DNA from: Microcystis aeruginosa NIES-2549
GTDB taxonomy: Bacteria > Cyanobacteriota > Cyanobacteriia > Cyanobacteriales > Microcystaceae
Reading direction: 5' to 3'
Assembly (NCBI RefSeq): GCF_000981785.2
Contig: NZ_CP011304.1
Coordinates: 2,040,001-2,072,000 of the forward strand
Length of the DNA stretch: 32,000 nucleotides
This document shows positions 1 to 8,199 of this stretch, piece by piece; position 1 is the first letter of the stretch; each line of letters opens with the position of its first letter. The notes beneath the pieces were generated by a model. The model made no database searches. It was not told where the DNA came from and worked only from the letters and a program-made list of their open reading frames with translations. Position numbers and translations under genes: made by a program.

Positions 1-212
1 CTTTGGATTTGCTGAAACACCTCCCAACCGCTCATTTTTGGGAGAAGGAAGTCCAAAATAATCAAATTCGGGTTTTCAGTACGGATGAGATTATAGCCCT
101 CTAATCCGTCTTTAGCTTCGAGGAATTCAAAGTTACCCTCTGGTAACATATCGCGAACGCGCATCCTAATCACTTTACTGTCATCGATAACGAGAATTTT
201 ATGATTTGACAC
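1..212 (-). CDS. Response regulator receiver domain protein (CheY-like), N-terminal part; 3' end runs off the window
   Basis: Minus-strand translation from GTG at 212 (alternative GTG at 221) reads VSNHKILVIDDSKVIRMRVRDMLPEGNFEFLEAKDGLEGYNLIRTENPNLIILDFLLPKMSGWEVFQQIQ. It shows the acidic DD pair and the phospho-acceptor D in ILDFLLP typical of REC domains. It is absent from the ORF track because it is truncated by the window edge. Confidence 0.75.
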   Translation of the reverse strand, partial: MSNHKILVIDDSKVIRMRVRDMLPEGNFEFLEAKDGLEGYNLIRTENPNLIILDFLLPKMSGWEVFQQIQ

Positions 213-234
213 GATAGACACCTTAGACAAGAGA

Positions 235-440
235 CAATAGATAAACTCGATGATTCGAGGGGATATTGGCGAAAACTTTCGGCATAGGCATTGAGGATTC
301 CCAAAAAACCCTTAGAAACTAACATACATCTTGACACTCCCGTCGCGCTCATGCGAGAGATTCTTGGTTCATCGAGTTTCCTTAATCTGGCAGGACGTAT
401 CCAACCAAACCAGAGGGAATCTCTCCCCAAGCGTATTAGT
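235..440 (-). ncRNA. Predicted omega-RNA (reRNA) of TnpB, overlapping the tnpB 3' end and the IS right end
   Basis: This follows from established TnpB biology, in which the omega-RNA is encoded at the 3' end of tnpB plus the RE. Local stem-loops are visible, for example CTCGA-atca-TCGAG on the minus strand near 245-262. Exact ends were not determined. Confidence 0.35.
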
Positions 441-1577
441 TTCGGTATGCCCTACCGTACTTAGTCCCTTTTTGAGAATGTTGATAGCGGCGTTAATATC
501 TCTATCTTCTACATAGCCACAGTGGGGACAAATATGGGTTCTTGTCGATAGAGATTTAGGGACTTTTTGACCACAATTAGAACAATTTTGACTCGTGTTA
601 TGGGGGGCTACTGCTACCGTAGCCTTACCATATTTAAAGCCAAAATATTCTAACCATTGCCGAAAAGTTGACCAAGCCACATCATTAATAGATTTAGAGA
701 GTTTAGAGTTTTTTACCATGCCTTGAATATTTAAGTTTTCGTAGGCGATGAAATCGTTAGATTTAATGACGTGCAATGCCTCTTTTTCGACAAAGCCTTT
801 ACGTTGCCTACTTACTCTTAAATGCTTTCTAGCATATCTCTTTCTAGCTTTTTGGTAGTTGTTTGATTGGGGTTGACCTTTTCTAAACTTTTTAGATTTT
901 TTCCGATTCAGACGGTTTAATCTTTTTTCTGCCTGGCGATAGTATTGCGGTATTTCTACCGTTTCCCCATCACTATTAGCGTAGAAAACTTTTAAACCTA
1001 CATCCAATCCCACACATCTTTTAGTCGGTTCTAGCGGTTTAGCATATTCCCGAATATCAACACTTAGACAGAATTGGACATAATAACCGTCTGCTCGTTT
1101 AACAATCCTAACTCGTTTAATTTGGTCTATGGGGTAAAAGTTTAGGTCTCTAGTTCCTTTTAGTTTAACCGTGCCAATGTTTTTCTTATCTGTGAAAGTG
1201 ATTTTCTTTCTATCCTCTGATAATTTCCATCCGGAGTTTTTATATTCCACAGAACGATTATTTTTCTGAAATTTAGGATAACCTTTTTTTCCTTTAACCT
1301 TTTTCTTACAATTATCATAGAAACGGGCAATAGCTGACCAAGCTCGTTCGGCCGATGCTTGTCTGGCCGTAGAATTTAGAGTATCGACAAACTTGAACTG
1401 TTTGGCGAGAACTGCACAATATTTATTGAGAGAATATTTATCGATTTTGTCTTCTCTCTTGGCATCCATCCAAAGCCTTAAAGCCTTATTTCTGATGAAT
1501 TGTACTGTACGAATAGCTTCATCAATGGCAGAACATTGACTTGGTTTGACCACGGCTTTCATTTCTAAGACAATCAT
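369..1577 (-). CDS. tnpB: TnpB RNA-guided endonuclease (IS605 OrfB family transposase accessory protein)
   Basis: 402 aa. The RuvC triad is recognisable: D in VGLDVGLK, E in AYENLNIQGM, D in EDRDINAAINI. A zinc ribbon CSNCGQKVPKSLSTRTHICPHCG lies between RuvC-II and RuvC-III. Confidence 0.9.
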   Translation of the reverse strand: MIVLEMKAVVKPSQCSAIDEAIRTVQFIRNKALRLWMDAKREDKIDKYSLNKYCAVLAKQFKFVDTLNSTARQASAERAWSAIARFYDNCKKKVKGKKGYPKFQKNNRSVEYKNSGWKLSEDRKKITFTDKKNIGTVKLKGTRDLNFYPIDQIKRVRIVKRADGYYVQFCLSVDIREYAKPLEPTKRCVGLDVGLKVFYANSDGETVEIPQYYRQAEKRLNRLNRKKSKKFRKGQPQSNNYQKARKRYARKHLRVSRQRKGFVEKEALHVIKSNDFIAYENLNIQGMVKNSKLSKSINDVAWSTFRQWLEYFGFKYGKATVAVAPHNTSQNCSNCGQKVPKSLSTRTHICPHCGYVEDRDINAAINILKKGLSTVGHTETNTLGERFPLVWLDTSCQIKETR

Positions 1578-1666
1578 TGTTGATCGACCTCAAACAACTT
1601 ATTTTAAGTTAACCTGTAGAGCATCGGATTGTCAAGATTTTAGTTGTGCTTCGCTGTTTTATATTG

Positions 1667-1738
1667 GTCGGGGTTTCATCCCGTTGCGCTCAAGCAAGGG
1701 CTTCGGCCGTGAGCTCAGCCGAACGGTCTTCACCCCGA
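1667..1738 (-). other. Nested hairpin structure, probable IS605-family left-end recognition structure
   Basis: The outer stem GTCGGGGT (1667-1674) pairs with ACCCCGAC (1731-1738). It encloses two inner hairpins, CCCGTTGC..GCAAGGG and TTCGGC-cgtgagctca-GCCGAA. Confidence 0.45.
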
Positions 1739-1749
1739 CATTTGAGATA

Positions 1750-1778
1750 AAGAAAAAACCTCGGTTAATGTCCGAGGC
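1750..1778 (-). terminator. Rho-independent terminator downstream of the S8 protease gene
   Basis: On the minus strand, CCTCGG-acattaa-CCGAGG is followed by TTTTTTCTTT, about 100 nt after the protease stop codon (1879). Confidence 0.7.
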
Positions 1779-1878
1779 TGCTGTTGTAGGAGAACTCAAT
1801 GCAAAACAAAAGGAAGATACCAAAACCAAAGAGGTTTTTATCGGTAAATCACCCTTATTGTCCCATTGTAACCCCTGT

Positions 1879-3657
1879 TTAAGCGTATCGGGATGAAGTA
1901 GCACTTTTTAGGGCTAAATAACCTAAACCGAGACATAAAAGCGCATTTACGCCCAAAAATGCCTGAGCGCTCCTACCAGAACCTAACCAGACCAGAGTAG
2001 GATCGATAACAGCACTGATCCCTAAAGTCACCGCCATGGCTAAACTTACCCCCACCGCTAACCATTTTGCTTGGGGATGACCTAAAAGCAGAGCAATCAG
2101 GACAAAAGGCAGGATAACACTGGCAAAAAGCGGATTAAGGACAGAACTTCCCTGAATAACGCCTCCTAGGTCGGAAAGAGAACTCCCCATGACTCGGAAA
2201 GGCCATTGGGGTAAATCGAAGATATAAAGACCTCTGAGGAAAAATAAGCCAGAACTGCCAAAAATTAGACCAGCATTCAAAAATCCGTTCCAGGAGAAGG
2301 GAAAATAATTTCTCAGCCACCAAGCGAGGAGATAAGAACCCAAAACCATAGCCATTTTGGGTAAAACTGCCACCGCACCGCCATCAATCCAGAAACGAGG
2401 ATTGAGATAACCGTTATCGCGCAACCAACGCCAAAAATCCCGGAAAGTAATCTGTCCTTTTAGGGCTAATTGTAGGGCATTGCCCGCGTCTAATTGTCCG
2501 GCCCCAAAATGATTAAAGGGATCATCATTGATCTTACGGGCCGACTGTTGCAAAACCCCTAAAACTGCATTGGGTTCTTTAATTCCCGCAGCCTTGATTA
2601 AAGCTACCACGCCGGCAACGTGAGGGGCTGCCATGCTGGTTCCCTGAAAACCGAGGAACGCCGGTTCCCCTCCCTTAGCCGGATCGATGGTTTCTTGGAT
2701 AATTTTACCCGTATCGGAGCCGCCTGGGGCAGCAATATCGATTCCGGCCCCGAAATTAGAATAGGGGGCTTTATTTCCGGAGGCATCTACCGCAGAAACG
2801 CCGATAACGTGCGGAAAACGGGCGGGATAGGCGGCGGAATTATCATCGCCATTACCGGCAGCGGCGACGATTACCACACCTTTACTATAGGCATATTCGA
2901 TCGCCTCTTTCATTACTTGGGTTTCCCCTCCACCCCCTAAACTCATATTGATGACATCGGCTTGATTATCGACGGCAAAACGGATCGCTTCGGCGATATC
3001 TCCCACGGTTCCCCCACCCGTCCCGGAAAGCACCTTGAGGGGCATAATTTTGGCTTTGTAGGCGATGCCGGCCACCCCGTAGTTATTATTGGTCGATTGG
3101 GCAATTGTTCCCGCTACATGGGTTCCGTGACCGTTATCGTCCTCGCTATTGCTGCGATCGTTGACGAAGTCGTAGCCTTCCACAAACTCGGTTTCTCGCA
3201 GATCGGGAACTCTTGATACACCTGTATCAATGACGGCGACGGTGATCCCTTCACCGTGATTTTCTTCCCAAGCGCGTTCGATATTTATCCCCCTCAGGTT
3301 CCACTGTTTGCTATAGTCGGGGTCATTGGGGGCGATGAAAGCATGATAAATATAATCGGGTTCGATCGATTCGGTGTATTTTTTAACGTCGGAATTGCGG
3401 AGAGTTTTCAGGAGTTTGCTATCTCCTGCCACGGTGTAAAGATGTTCATCGATGGAAAAAATACTATTTAAACTGGTGGTTTTTCCCGCTTTTTTGTTGA
3501 TAGCATTTAACTGTTCATCTAGTACGCTGACGGGTATATCGTCCCTGAAGTCGATTAAAATTGATTGATACTCGCCCCGATGTGCTAGTCCAGTAAAGTT
3601 AAAGATAGCAAATCCTAGACCGAGCATAAATAGGGTTAACAATAAAATTTTTTTCAT
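1879..3657 (-). CDS. Subtilisin-like serine peptidase (S8 family) with N-terminal signal/anchor and polytopic C-terminal membrane domain
   Basis: The catalytic triad motifs are AVIDTGV, HGTHVAGTIA and GTSMAAPHVAG. The N-terminus MKKILLLTLFMLGLGFAIF is hydrophobic. The last ~190 aa contain several hydrophobic helices (VAVLPKMAMVLGSYLLAWWL, GLIFGSSGLFFL, FASVILPFVLIALLLG, AVGVSLAMAVTLGISAVI, AFLGVNALLCLGLGYLAL). Confidence 0.9.
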   Translation of the reverse strand: MKKILLLTLFMLGLGFAIFNFTGLAHRGEYQSILIDFRDDIPVSVLDEQLNAINKKAGKTTSLNSIFSIDEHLYTVAGDSKLLKTLRNSDVKKYTESIEPDYIYHAFIAPNDPDYSKQWNLRGINIERAWEENHGEGITVAVIDTGVSRVPDLRETEFVEGYDFVNDRSNSEDDNGHGTHVAGTIAQSTNNNYGVAGIAYKAKIMPLKVLSGTGGGTVGDIAEAIRFAVDNQADVINMSLGGGGETQVMKEAIEYAYSKGVVIVAAAGNGDDNSAAYPARFPHVIGVSAVDASGNKAPYSNFGAGIDIAAPGGSDTGKIIQETIDPAKGGEPAFLGFQGTSMAAPHVAGVVALIKAAGIKEPNAVLGVLQQSARKINDDPFNHFGAGQLDAGNALQLALKGQITFRDFWRWLRDNGYLNPRFWIDGGAVAVLPKMAMVLGSYLLAWWLRNYFPFSWNGFLNAGLIFGSSGLFFLRGLYIFDLPQWPFRVMGSSLSDLGGVIQGSSVLNPLFASVILPFVLIALLLGHPQAKWLAVGVSLAMAVTLGISAVIDPTLVWLGSGRSAQAFLGVNALLCLGLGYLALKSATSSRYA

Positions 3658-3792
3658 AGATTTCCTAAGAATTTATCATTACAAGCTAAGGTTTTTTTAG
3701 TTTTGATGAGAAAATTTGCTCGAAGTTCCCCTATTTTTGTCTCAGTTGAAGATAGAACTAACCAGTTACAAAAAAGTCACCTGTTGTTTATT

Positions 3793-4227
3793 TTAAGCTC
3801 GATCGCCGATCACTGTTAATTGCCGACTGGCAAAAATAGCTTCATAGTGGCGATAATGTTTAAATTCCAGGAGATTATAGAAAGGATCCTCCAGAAAAAA
3901 GGTTTTATGTTCGGTTATCTCCCCATTAAAGCGAGTTTTTGGTTCTAGATAAAATTTTAGTTGATTGACTCGTGCTTTTTCGAGAAGATTGTCCCAATCC
4001 CTGGCATCTGGCAGAATTAGACCAAAATGGCGAGGATAAATGCTATTTTGGGGAGTAAGAGGCATTTCAGTGACGTGAGCGACTACCTGATGACCGTAGA
4101 AATTTAAGATTATCGCTTTCTCGGTTTCCCTTCCCGCTAAACAACCTAAACCATCACAGTAGAAGCTTTTAGCGGTGGACACATCGGTAATCGGAATAGC
4201 GAGATGAAAAATTGCAGGTTGATTCAT
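3793..4227 (-). CDS. VOC/glyoxalase-bleomycin resistance-dioxygenase family protein
   Basis: MNQPAIFHLAIPITDVSTAKSFYCDGLGC is a typical VOC N-terminal beta-alpha-beta module. I prefer the internal ATG at 4227 over the ORF-track start at 4314, because the 29-aa extension is Cys/Ser-rich and unlike the family. Confidence 0.65.
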   Translation of the reverse strand: MNQPAIFHLAIPITDVSTAKSFYCDGLGCLAGRETEKAIILNFYGHQVVAHVTEMPLTPQNSIYPRHFGLILPDARDWDNLLEKARVNQLKFYLEPKTRFNGEITEHKTFFLEDPFYNLLEFKHYRHYEAIFASRQLTVIGDRA

Positions 4228-4454
4228 GGCGATCGAGTTTATCCGCATTCTACTAGGTTCCATTGTAGCGATCGAGGGGCAACTGTTACAGGAATTTTTT
4301 CTTGAAATTGGCAATTACCTAGGGTTGCCTGAATAAATCTAAAAAACCTTGTTGAATAATATATTTAGGCTTTTTTGACATCAAAAAGTGCCGACTCTTA
4401 GAGTAATCGCAGGGAAATTTTAGGCACTTTTTCCCTGAAAATCGATAAAACCCC

Positions 4455-4475
4455 ACACCCTACACCCTACACCCC
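4455..4475 (-). repeat. Heptamer tandem repeat (3 x ACACCCY on plus), part of a four-run G-tract motif on the minus strand
   Basis: Plus strand 4451-4477 reads CCCCACACCCTACACCCTACACCCCACC. The minus strand reads GGGGTGTAGGGTGTAGGGTGTGGGG, starting 3 nt downstream of the egtB stop. Confidence 0.8.
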
Positions 4476-4477
4476 AC

Positions 4478-5833
4478 CTAAAGACTTTGTGCGATTCTAA
4501 AACCAGCGTGTTGATAAAAATTCCGGCGAAACCAATTGCGATAGTAGGGTAGGATTTCTGTGCCGTTAGTCACCCAAGCTCCTCCTAACATCATTTTATG
4601 TTGACTATTAAAGAACGGAGTGGAATTGTCAGCATAGAGGTAATGGGGTTGAAAGTCAGTTAAGGGATTAAAATCATCTTCTAGCCATTCCCAGACGTTA
4701 CCGCGTAAATCATAAATTTCTGAGTTATTACCAGAATTTTTTAACATTCCTACGGGAGTGGGAGAACAGAATTTTAAATTGAGGTTATAATCATCAAATT
4801 TATCGTTTTCTAGGGTATAACATCGATTTTTTTGACTGCCATAGGTGGCTAAATTCCACTCAGCTTCCGTCATTAAACGTATTCCTTGACCTTGAAAACG
4901 ACAGTAAGCGATCGCTTCATAATAGTTAACTTCTACCGGCCAATCAAGAGGTAAATCGAGAACATCAAACATGGCTCGATGTTGATAATTTCCCCCCTTA
5001 TCTACCAGCCAAAATTTAGGATATTTGACTCGATAATGATTTTTCCATTGCCAAGCTTCCTCATCCCAATAACTGGGATTTTCGTAGCCACCATTATGGA
5101 CAAATTCTTTAAATTCTCCGTTGGTAATCATATATTTACTCACCAGAAAATTGTTAACTTGAACTTGCCGATAACCATACTCGTTATCCCAACCATAAAT
5201 AGGAGAATCTTGGGGTTTACCAATTTCTACTATTCCCCCAGAAACCTCCACCATTTGATTAGGATAAGCTTGACCAAAAGAAGGGGCATAATGCCAACCT
5301 TGAGGACGTTGCAGACAGTCTAAAGGCAGTTGTCTGAGTAACATTGAAGATGTTTCAAAGTGAACACGCTGATGCTCGATTCCCATCATTAATGACCAGA
5401 GAGAATGCCGAGGATGAATAGGAAGATTAAGGGGTACATTTTTAATTATTTCGACCACAATTTCATAGACTTGTTGTCGATATTCCCAAACTTTAGCCAC
5501 CCCAGGCCACTGAATATGGGCGGTAGCAGAGTTTAATTCTTCAGGAGTTGCTGGATCTACTCCCACTCCAAACAATAATTCATAGTCAGGATTAGGGCTT
5601 TTTTTTAATAGGTTAACCAGCTGCAATTTATTCAGATAAAAAGCGGCCGCATGACCTAAATAAAAAATGAGGGGATTTCTTAAATCGTCAGGGTTACAGT
5701 AAAAAGCTTCTTCTTTGATGATGCTTTTTAACAGCATATCTTCTAATTGCCAAGCATTTTCAAAATAGTCCAGTATATTTTCTCGACTACAGTTACTTAG
5801 AGAGATAGGAGCCTGTGCTTGAATCTTTTCCAT
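4478..5833 (-). CDS. egtB: Ergothioneine biosynthesis sulfoxide synthase EgtB (DinB-like N-domain plus FGE-sulfatase-like C-domain)
   Basis: 451 aa. The N-terminal part carries the HxxxH-type DinB motif (FYLGHAAAFYLNK; GIEHQRVHFETS). The C-terminal FGE-like part includes GNVWEWLEDDF and GGAWVT. The gene lies immediately downstream of egtD, and there is no C-terminal methyltransferase, so it is not OvoA. Confidence 0.85.
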   Translation of the reverse strand: MEKIQAQAPISLSNCSRENILDYFENAWQLEDMLLKSIIKEEAFYCNPDDLRNPLIFYLGHAAAFYLNKLQLVNLLKKSPNPDYELLFGVGVDPATPEELNSATAHIQWPGVAKVWEYRQQVYEIVVEIIKNVPLNLPIHPRHSLWSLMMGIEHQRVHFETSSMLLRQLPLDCLQRPQGWHYAPSFGQAYPNQMVEVSGGIVEIGKPQDSPIYGWDNEYGYRQVQVNNFLVSKYMITNGEFKEFVHNGGYENPSYWDEEAWQWKNHYRVKYPKFWLVDKGGNYQHRAMFDVLDLPLDWPVEVNYYEAIAYCRFQGQGIRLMTEAEWNLATYGSQKNRCYTLENDKFDDYNLNLKFCSPTPVGMLKNSGNNSEIYDLRGNVWEWLEDDFNPLTDFQPHYLYADNSTPFFNSQHKMMLGGAWVTNGTEILPYYRNWFRRNFYQHAGFRIAQSL

Positions 5834-5873
5834 GTTTTTATGCCTCTATTACTGATGATAATTTTCTCATTAT

Positions 5874-6884
5874 TTACAGGGATAACTGACAGAGAATTAA
5901 CCCAAATAAATTTTCAGGATCGGTGAAAACCTTGAGCGGGTTTAATCCCTTTGATTTTAGGTCTTTTTGCATAGTTTCTAGGTTGAATTTACGCGAGATT
6001 TCTGTTAAAATACTTTCCGACGCTTGAAAATTAACCGTTAAATCGAGTTTTTTAAGATGAACAGGATGAGTTTTTTGACAAATTAAATACATTTCAATTT
6101 GAGATTTATCTTGATTATAGATAGCTTGATGACTAAATAAATCAAGGTTAAAATCAGCTTGAAAACGCCAATTTAAATGGGAAAGCATATTTAAATTAAA
6201 AGCGGCTGTCACCCCTTGAGCATCATTATAAGCTGCTTCTAAAATTGCCACTGGTTTTTGGAGATCAATCCCTAATAAAAAATAATCTCCAGCTTTTAGG
6301 ACAGTGGCAATTTTTTCTAAAAATTTATCACATTCAGCCGCAGAAAAATTACCGATAGAACTTCCCAAGAAAAAAATCATTCTGGTATTATCAGAAGGGT
6401 TTTGACAATAGGCTAAGGCCTGTTCATAGGTTCCAATTAACCCCTGAATGGGTAAATTAGGATATTCTTTTTGTAATTCTATGGCACTAGCTTTGAGAAT
6501 AGTTTCACTAACATCGATAGGTACATATTTAGAGGATTTTTGTTGCTGATAATAAGCATCCAATAACAGACGAGTTTTAGTGGAACTACCACTGCCTAAT
6601 TCGATCAATTCGCAGGAGCCTGTATAGGCGACAATTTCTTGAGCATATTCTTGGAGAATAGCCGCTTCTGTCCTAGTGGGATAGTATTCTGGCAATTGAC
6701 AGATTGCTTCAAAAAGTTGGGAACCTTGCCGATCATAAAAATATTTAGATGGTAAACTTTTGGGGGTTTTAGTTAATCCTTCAATCACATCTTTGCCATC
6801 ATCTTTAACTATATTTTGTCGCGTAGCATCGGTGGCTAAATACTCAATTTGTAACAGTTCTTGGTTAGATTGTTTAAGTTGCAT
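5874..6884 (-). CDS. egtD: L-histidine N-alpha-methyltransferase EgtD
   Basis: 336 aa. KYFYDRQGSQLFEAICQLPEYYPTRTEAAIL and the SAM-binding ELGSGSSTKT are signatures of the EgtD family. Confidence 0.85.
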   Translation of the reverse strand: MQLKQSNQELLQIEYLATDATRQNIVKDDGKDVIEGLTKTPKSLPSKYFYDRQGSQLFEAICQLPEYYPTRTEAAILQEYAQEIVAYTGSCELIELGSGSSTKTRLLLDAYYQQQKSSKYVPIDVSETILKASAIELQKEYPNLPIQGLIGTYEQALAYCQNPSDNTRMIFFLGSSIGNFSAAECDKFLEKIATVLKAGDYFLLGIDLQKPVAILEAAYNDAQGVTAAFNLNMLSHLNWRFQADFNLDLFSHQAIYNQDKSQIEMYLICQKTHPVHLKKLDLTVNFQASESILTEISRKFNLETMQKDLKSKGLNPLKVFTDPENLFGLILCQLSL

Positions 6885-7113
6885 AGATTCTCCAGATTAT
6901 TCTCCAGTTTTTTGATTGTTCTTGATCGATACCGAGGATGAAATCCACTTTGACAGCTTGAATACTGGCAGAGATTATCGTTCTTTGGTAATTTTACCAC
7001 TAAAACCCCGCAAAATTTACCTCTTGTCTAGATAGACAAGGTTTGTGGATGGTAAATAAAAGCCGTTAAATTGATCGCCAGTAAGCTGATGCTATTCAAG
7101 TAAAATTACTGGT

Positions 7114-7398
7114 TTAATTAATCAGTAAAGACTGCATTTCCTCTAAAGTAAGATTTTCTTGAATATAGCGAGGATTAAGGGGATGATAGGGACTAGCAAG
7201 ACGATCTATCCTAATAATTGTCGCCGTTTCAGGAATGAGCGGAATATCGGGATCGTAGGGGGTGCTGCGGGTAAGGGAACTAGAAAAACCCTTAAAAATA
7301 GAGATTTCTTCTTCCTCCCCATCCACAGCAATAGTCACCAATAAAACCTCGTGGGGATTTTTGAGGGTGTATTGTTCGAGTTGTTGACCAATATTCAT
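7114..7398 (-). CDS. Small conserved-looking hypothetical protein (94 aa)
   Basis: It is a clean ORF with coding-like composition. I could not assign any motif. Confidence 0.5.
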   Translation of the reverse strand: MNIGQQLEQYTLKNPHEVLLVTIAVDGEEEEISIFKGFSSSLTRSTPYDPDIPLIPETATIIRIDRLASPYHPLNPRYIQENLTLEEMQSLLIN

Positions 7399-7430
7399 AG
7401 AAAAATGGCTAATTATCGATAGCTAAAAAC

Positions 7431-8024
7431 TTATTGTTGTAAAGCTGAACGTCCCTGTTTGCCGAGGCGAATAAGAAGAAAATGGGCAAAATAGAGAGTA
7501 TAAAAAGAGAGACCAACTAAACCAAAAAAGCCCAAAACATTAGCAGTAGCTTCTGAATGAAAAATCTCGCGAAACTGCCAGGGTGCTTCCTGCCAAACCT
7601 GACAATAGGGAGAATTTAGCAATTCCCCTGACATAGCACAGGAGAGAAAAGGTAAGGTAGAAATTGCACCCAAAGGAGAATAGATAGTTACTGCCCAACG
7701 CCAAGCAGTGGTGACAAATTTAATCGGACTGGCGGGTAAATCTTTAATTTCATCGTTAATATCTACCCAAAACCATAGAGAAATCGGGATTAAAATCTTA
7801 GCTAAAAAACTGGTGACAAAACCAATTGGCCAGGAAGCAATCATTAAATATACGGTAATTAACAAAAGACTAGCCACTCGCCAATAGATAATCAACAATT
7901 TTTGTAATGATTCGATTTTTGCAAATAAAGACCAAATTAACAAAATTGCCGGAATAATCACCGTAAATAGGACGGCTAAACGATAATCTATCCAAACGAG
8001 AGGACGAAACCAAAGTTGATTCAT
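7431..8024 (-). CDS. Integral membrane protein, about 5-6 TM helices, function unknown
   Basis: 197 aa with repeated hydrophobic helices (LAVLFTVIIPAILLIWSLF, VASLLLITVYLMIASW, ILIPISLWFWV, VLGFFGLVGLSFYTLYFAHFLLI). Confidence 0.6.
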   Translation of the reverse strand: MNQLWFRPLVWIDYRLAVLFTVIIPAILLIWSLFAKIESLQKLLIIYWRVASLLLITVYLMIASWPIGFVTSFLAKILIPISLWFWVDINDEIKDLPASPIKFVTTAWRWAVTIYSPLGAISTLPFLSCAMSGELLNSPYCQVWQEAPWQFREIFHSEATANVLGFFGLVGLSFYTLYFAHFLLIRLGKQGRSALQQ

Positions 8025-8104
8025 AAACTATTTAGACATAATTACACTGTCACCATTTTACTGTCTTCGGACGCAGGAGCCAAAATCGGCCACAGCTTGA
8101 CCAA

Positions 8105-8150
8105 CAAACAAAAAAACGAGGGGCGATCTCTTTATAGCTGAGATCGCCCT
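8105..8150 (-). terminator. Rho-independent terminator of cp12
   Basis: The stem GGGCGATCTC (8121-8130) pairs with GAGATCGCCC (8140-8149). On the minus strand it is followed by CTCGTTTTTTTGTTTG. Confidence 0.8.
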
Positions 8151-8199
8151 AAAGCTAGGATTCTACTGTGAGGAGAGAAAAAACCGCTGCCCGACTCCA

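Larger units (their letters stand above)
235..1745 (-). mobile_element. IS200/IS605-family element carrying only tnpB (IS1341-like, no tnpA); boundaries approximate
   Basis: An intact tnpB is flanked upstream (1667-1738) by a long nested hairpin typical of the LE, and downstream by about 130 nt of structured non-coding sequence (RE/omega-RNA region). The element sits between the protease terminator (1750-1778) and the response regulator start (212). Confidence 0.55.

Noticed and set aside
170-516. ORFs 170-430 (-) and 331-516 (+)
   Set aside because: They overlap the tnpB 3' end and the predicted omega-RNA/right-end region. The real minus-strand gene here is the response regulator, which is in a different frame and starts at 212.
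1667-1738. 72-nt cloverleaf-like structure with a 7-8 bp closing stem that could be a tRNA
   Set aside because: It has no T-loop (GTTCRANYC) or D-loop consensus on either strand, and the arm lengths are wrong. Its position directly upstream of tnpB fits an IS605-family left-end structure.
1546-1904. ORFs 1546-1896 (+) and 1659-1904 (-)
   Set aside because: They span the IS left-end hairpins and the protease terminator. They have no RBS and no recognisable protein features.
2135-3471. Several 60-106 aa ORFs overlapping the S8 protease gene in other frames or on the other strand
   Set aside because: They are shadow ORFs of a strongly supported 592-aa protease CDS.
4979-5323. ORF 4979-5323 (+), antisense to egtB
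   Set aside because: It is a shadow ORF inside a well-supported gene. Its sequence is low-complexity and Ile/Phe-rich, as expected for the antisense of AT-rich coding DNA.
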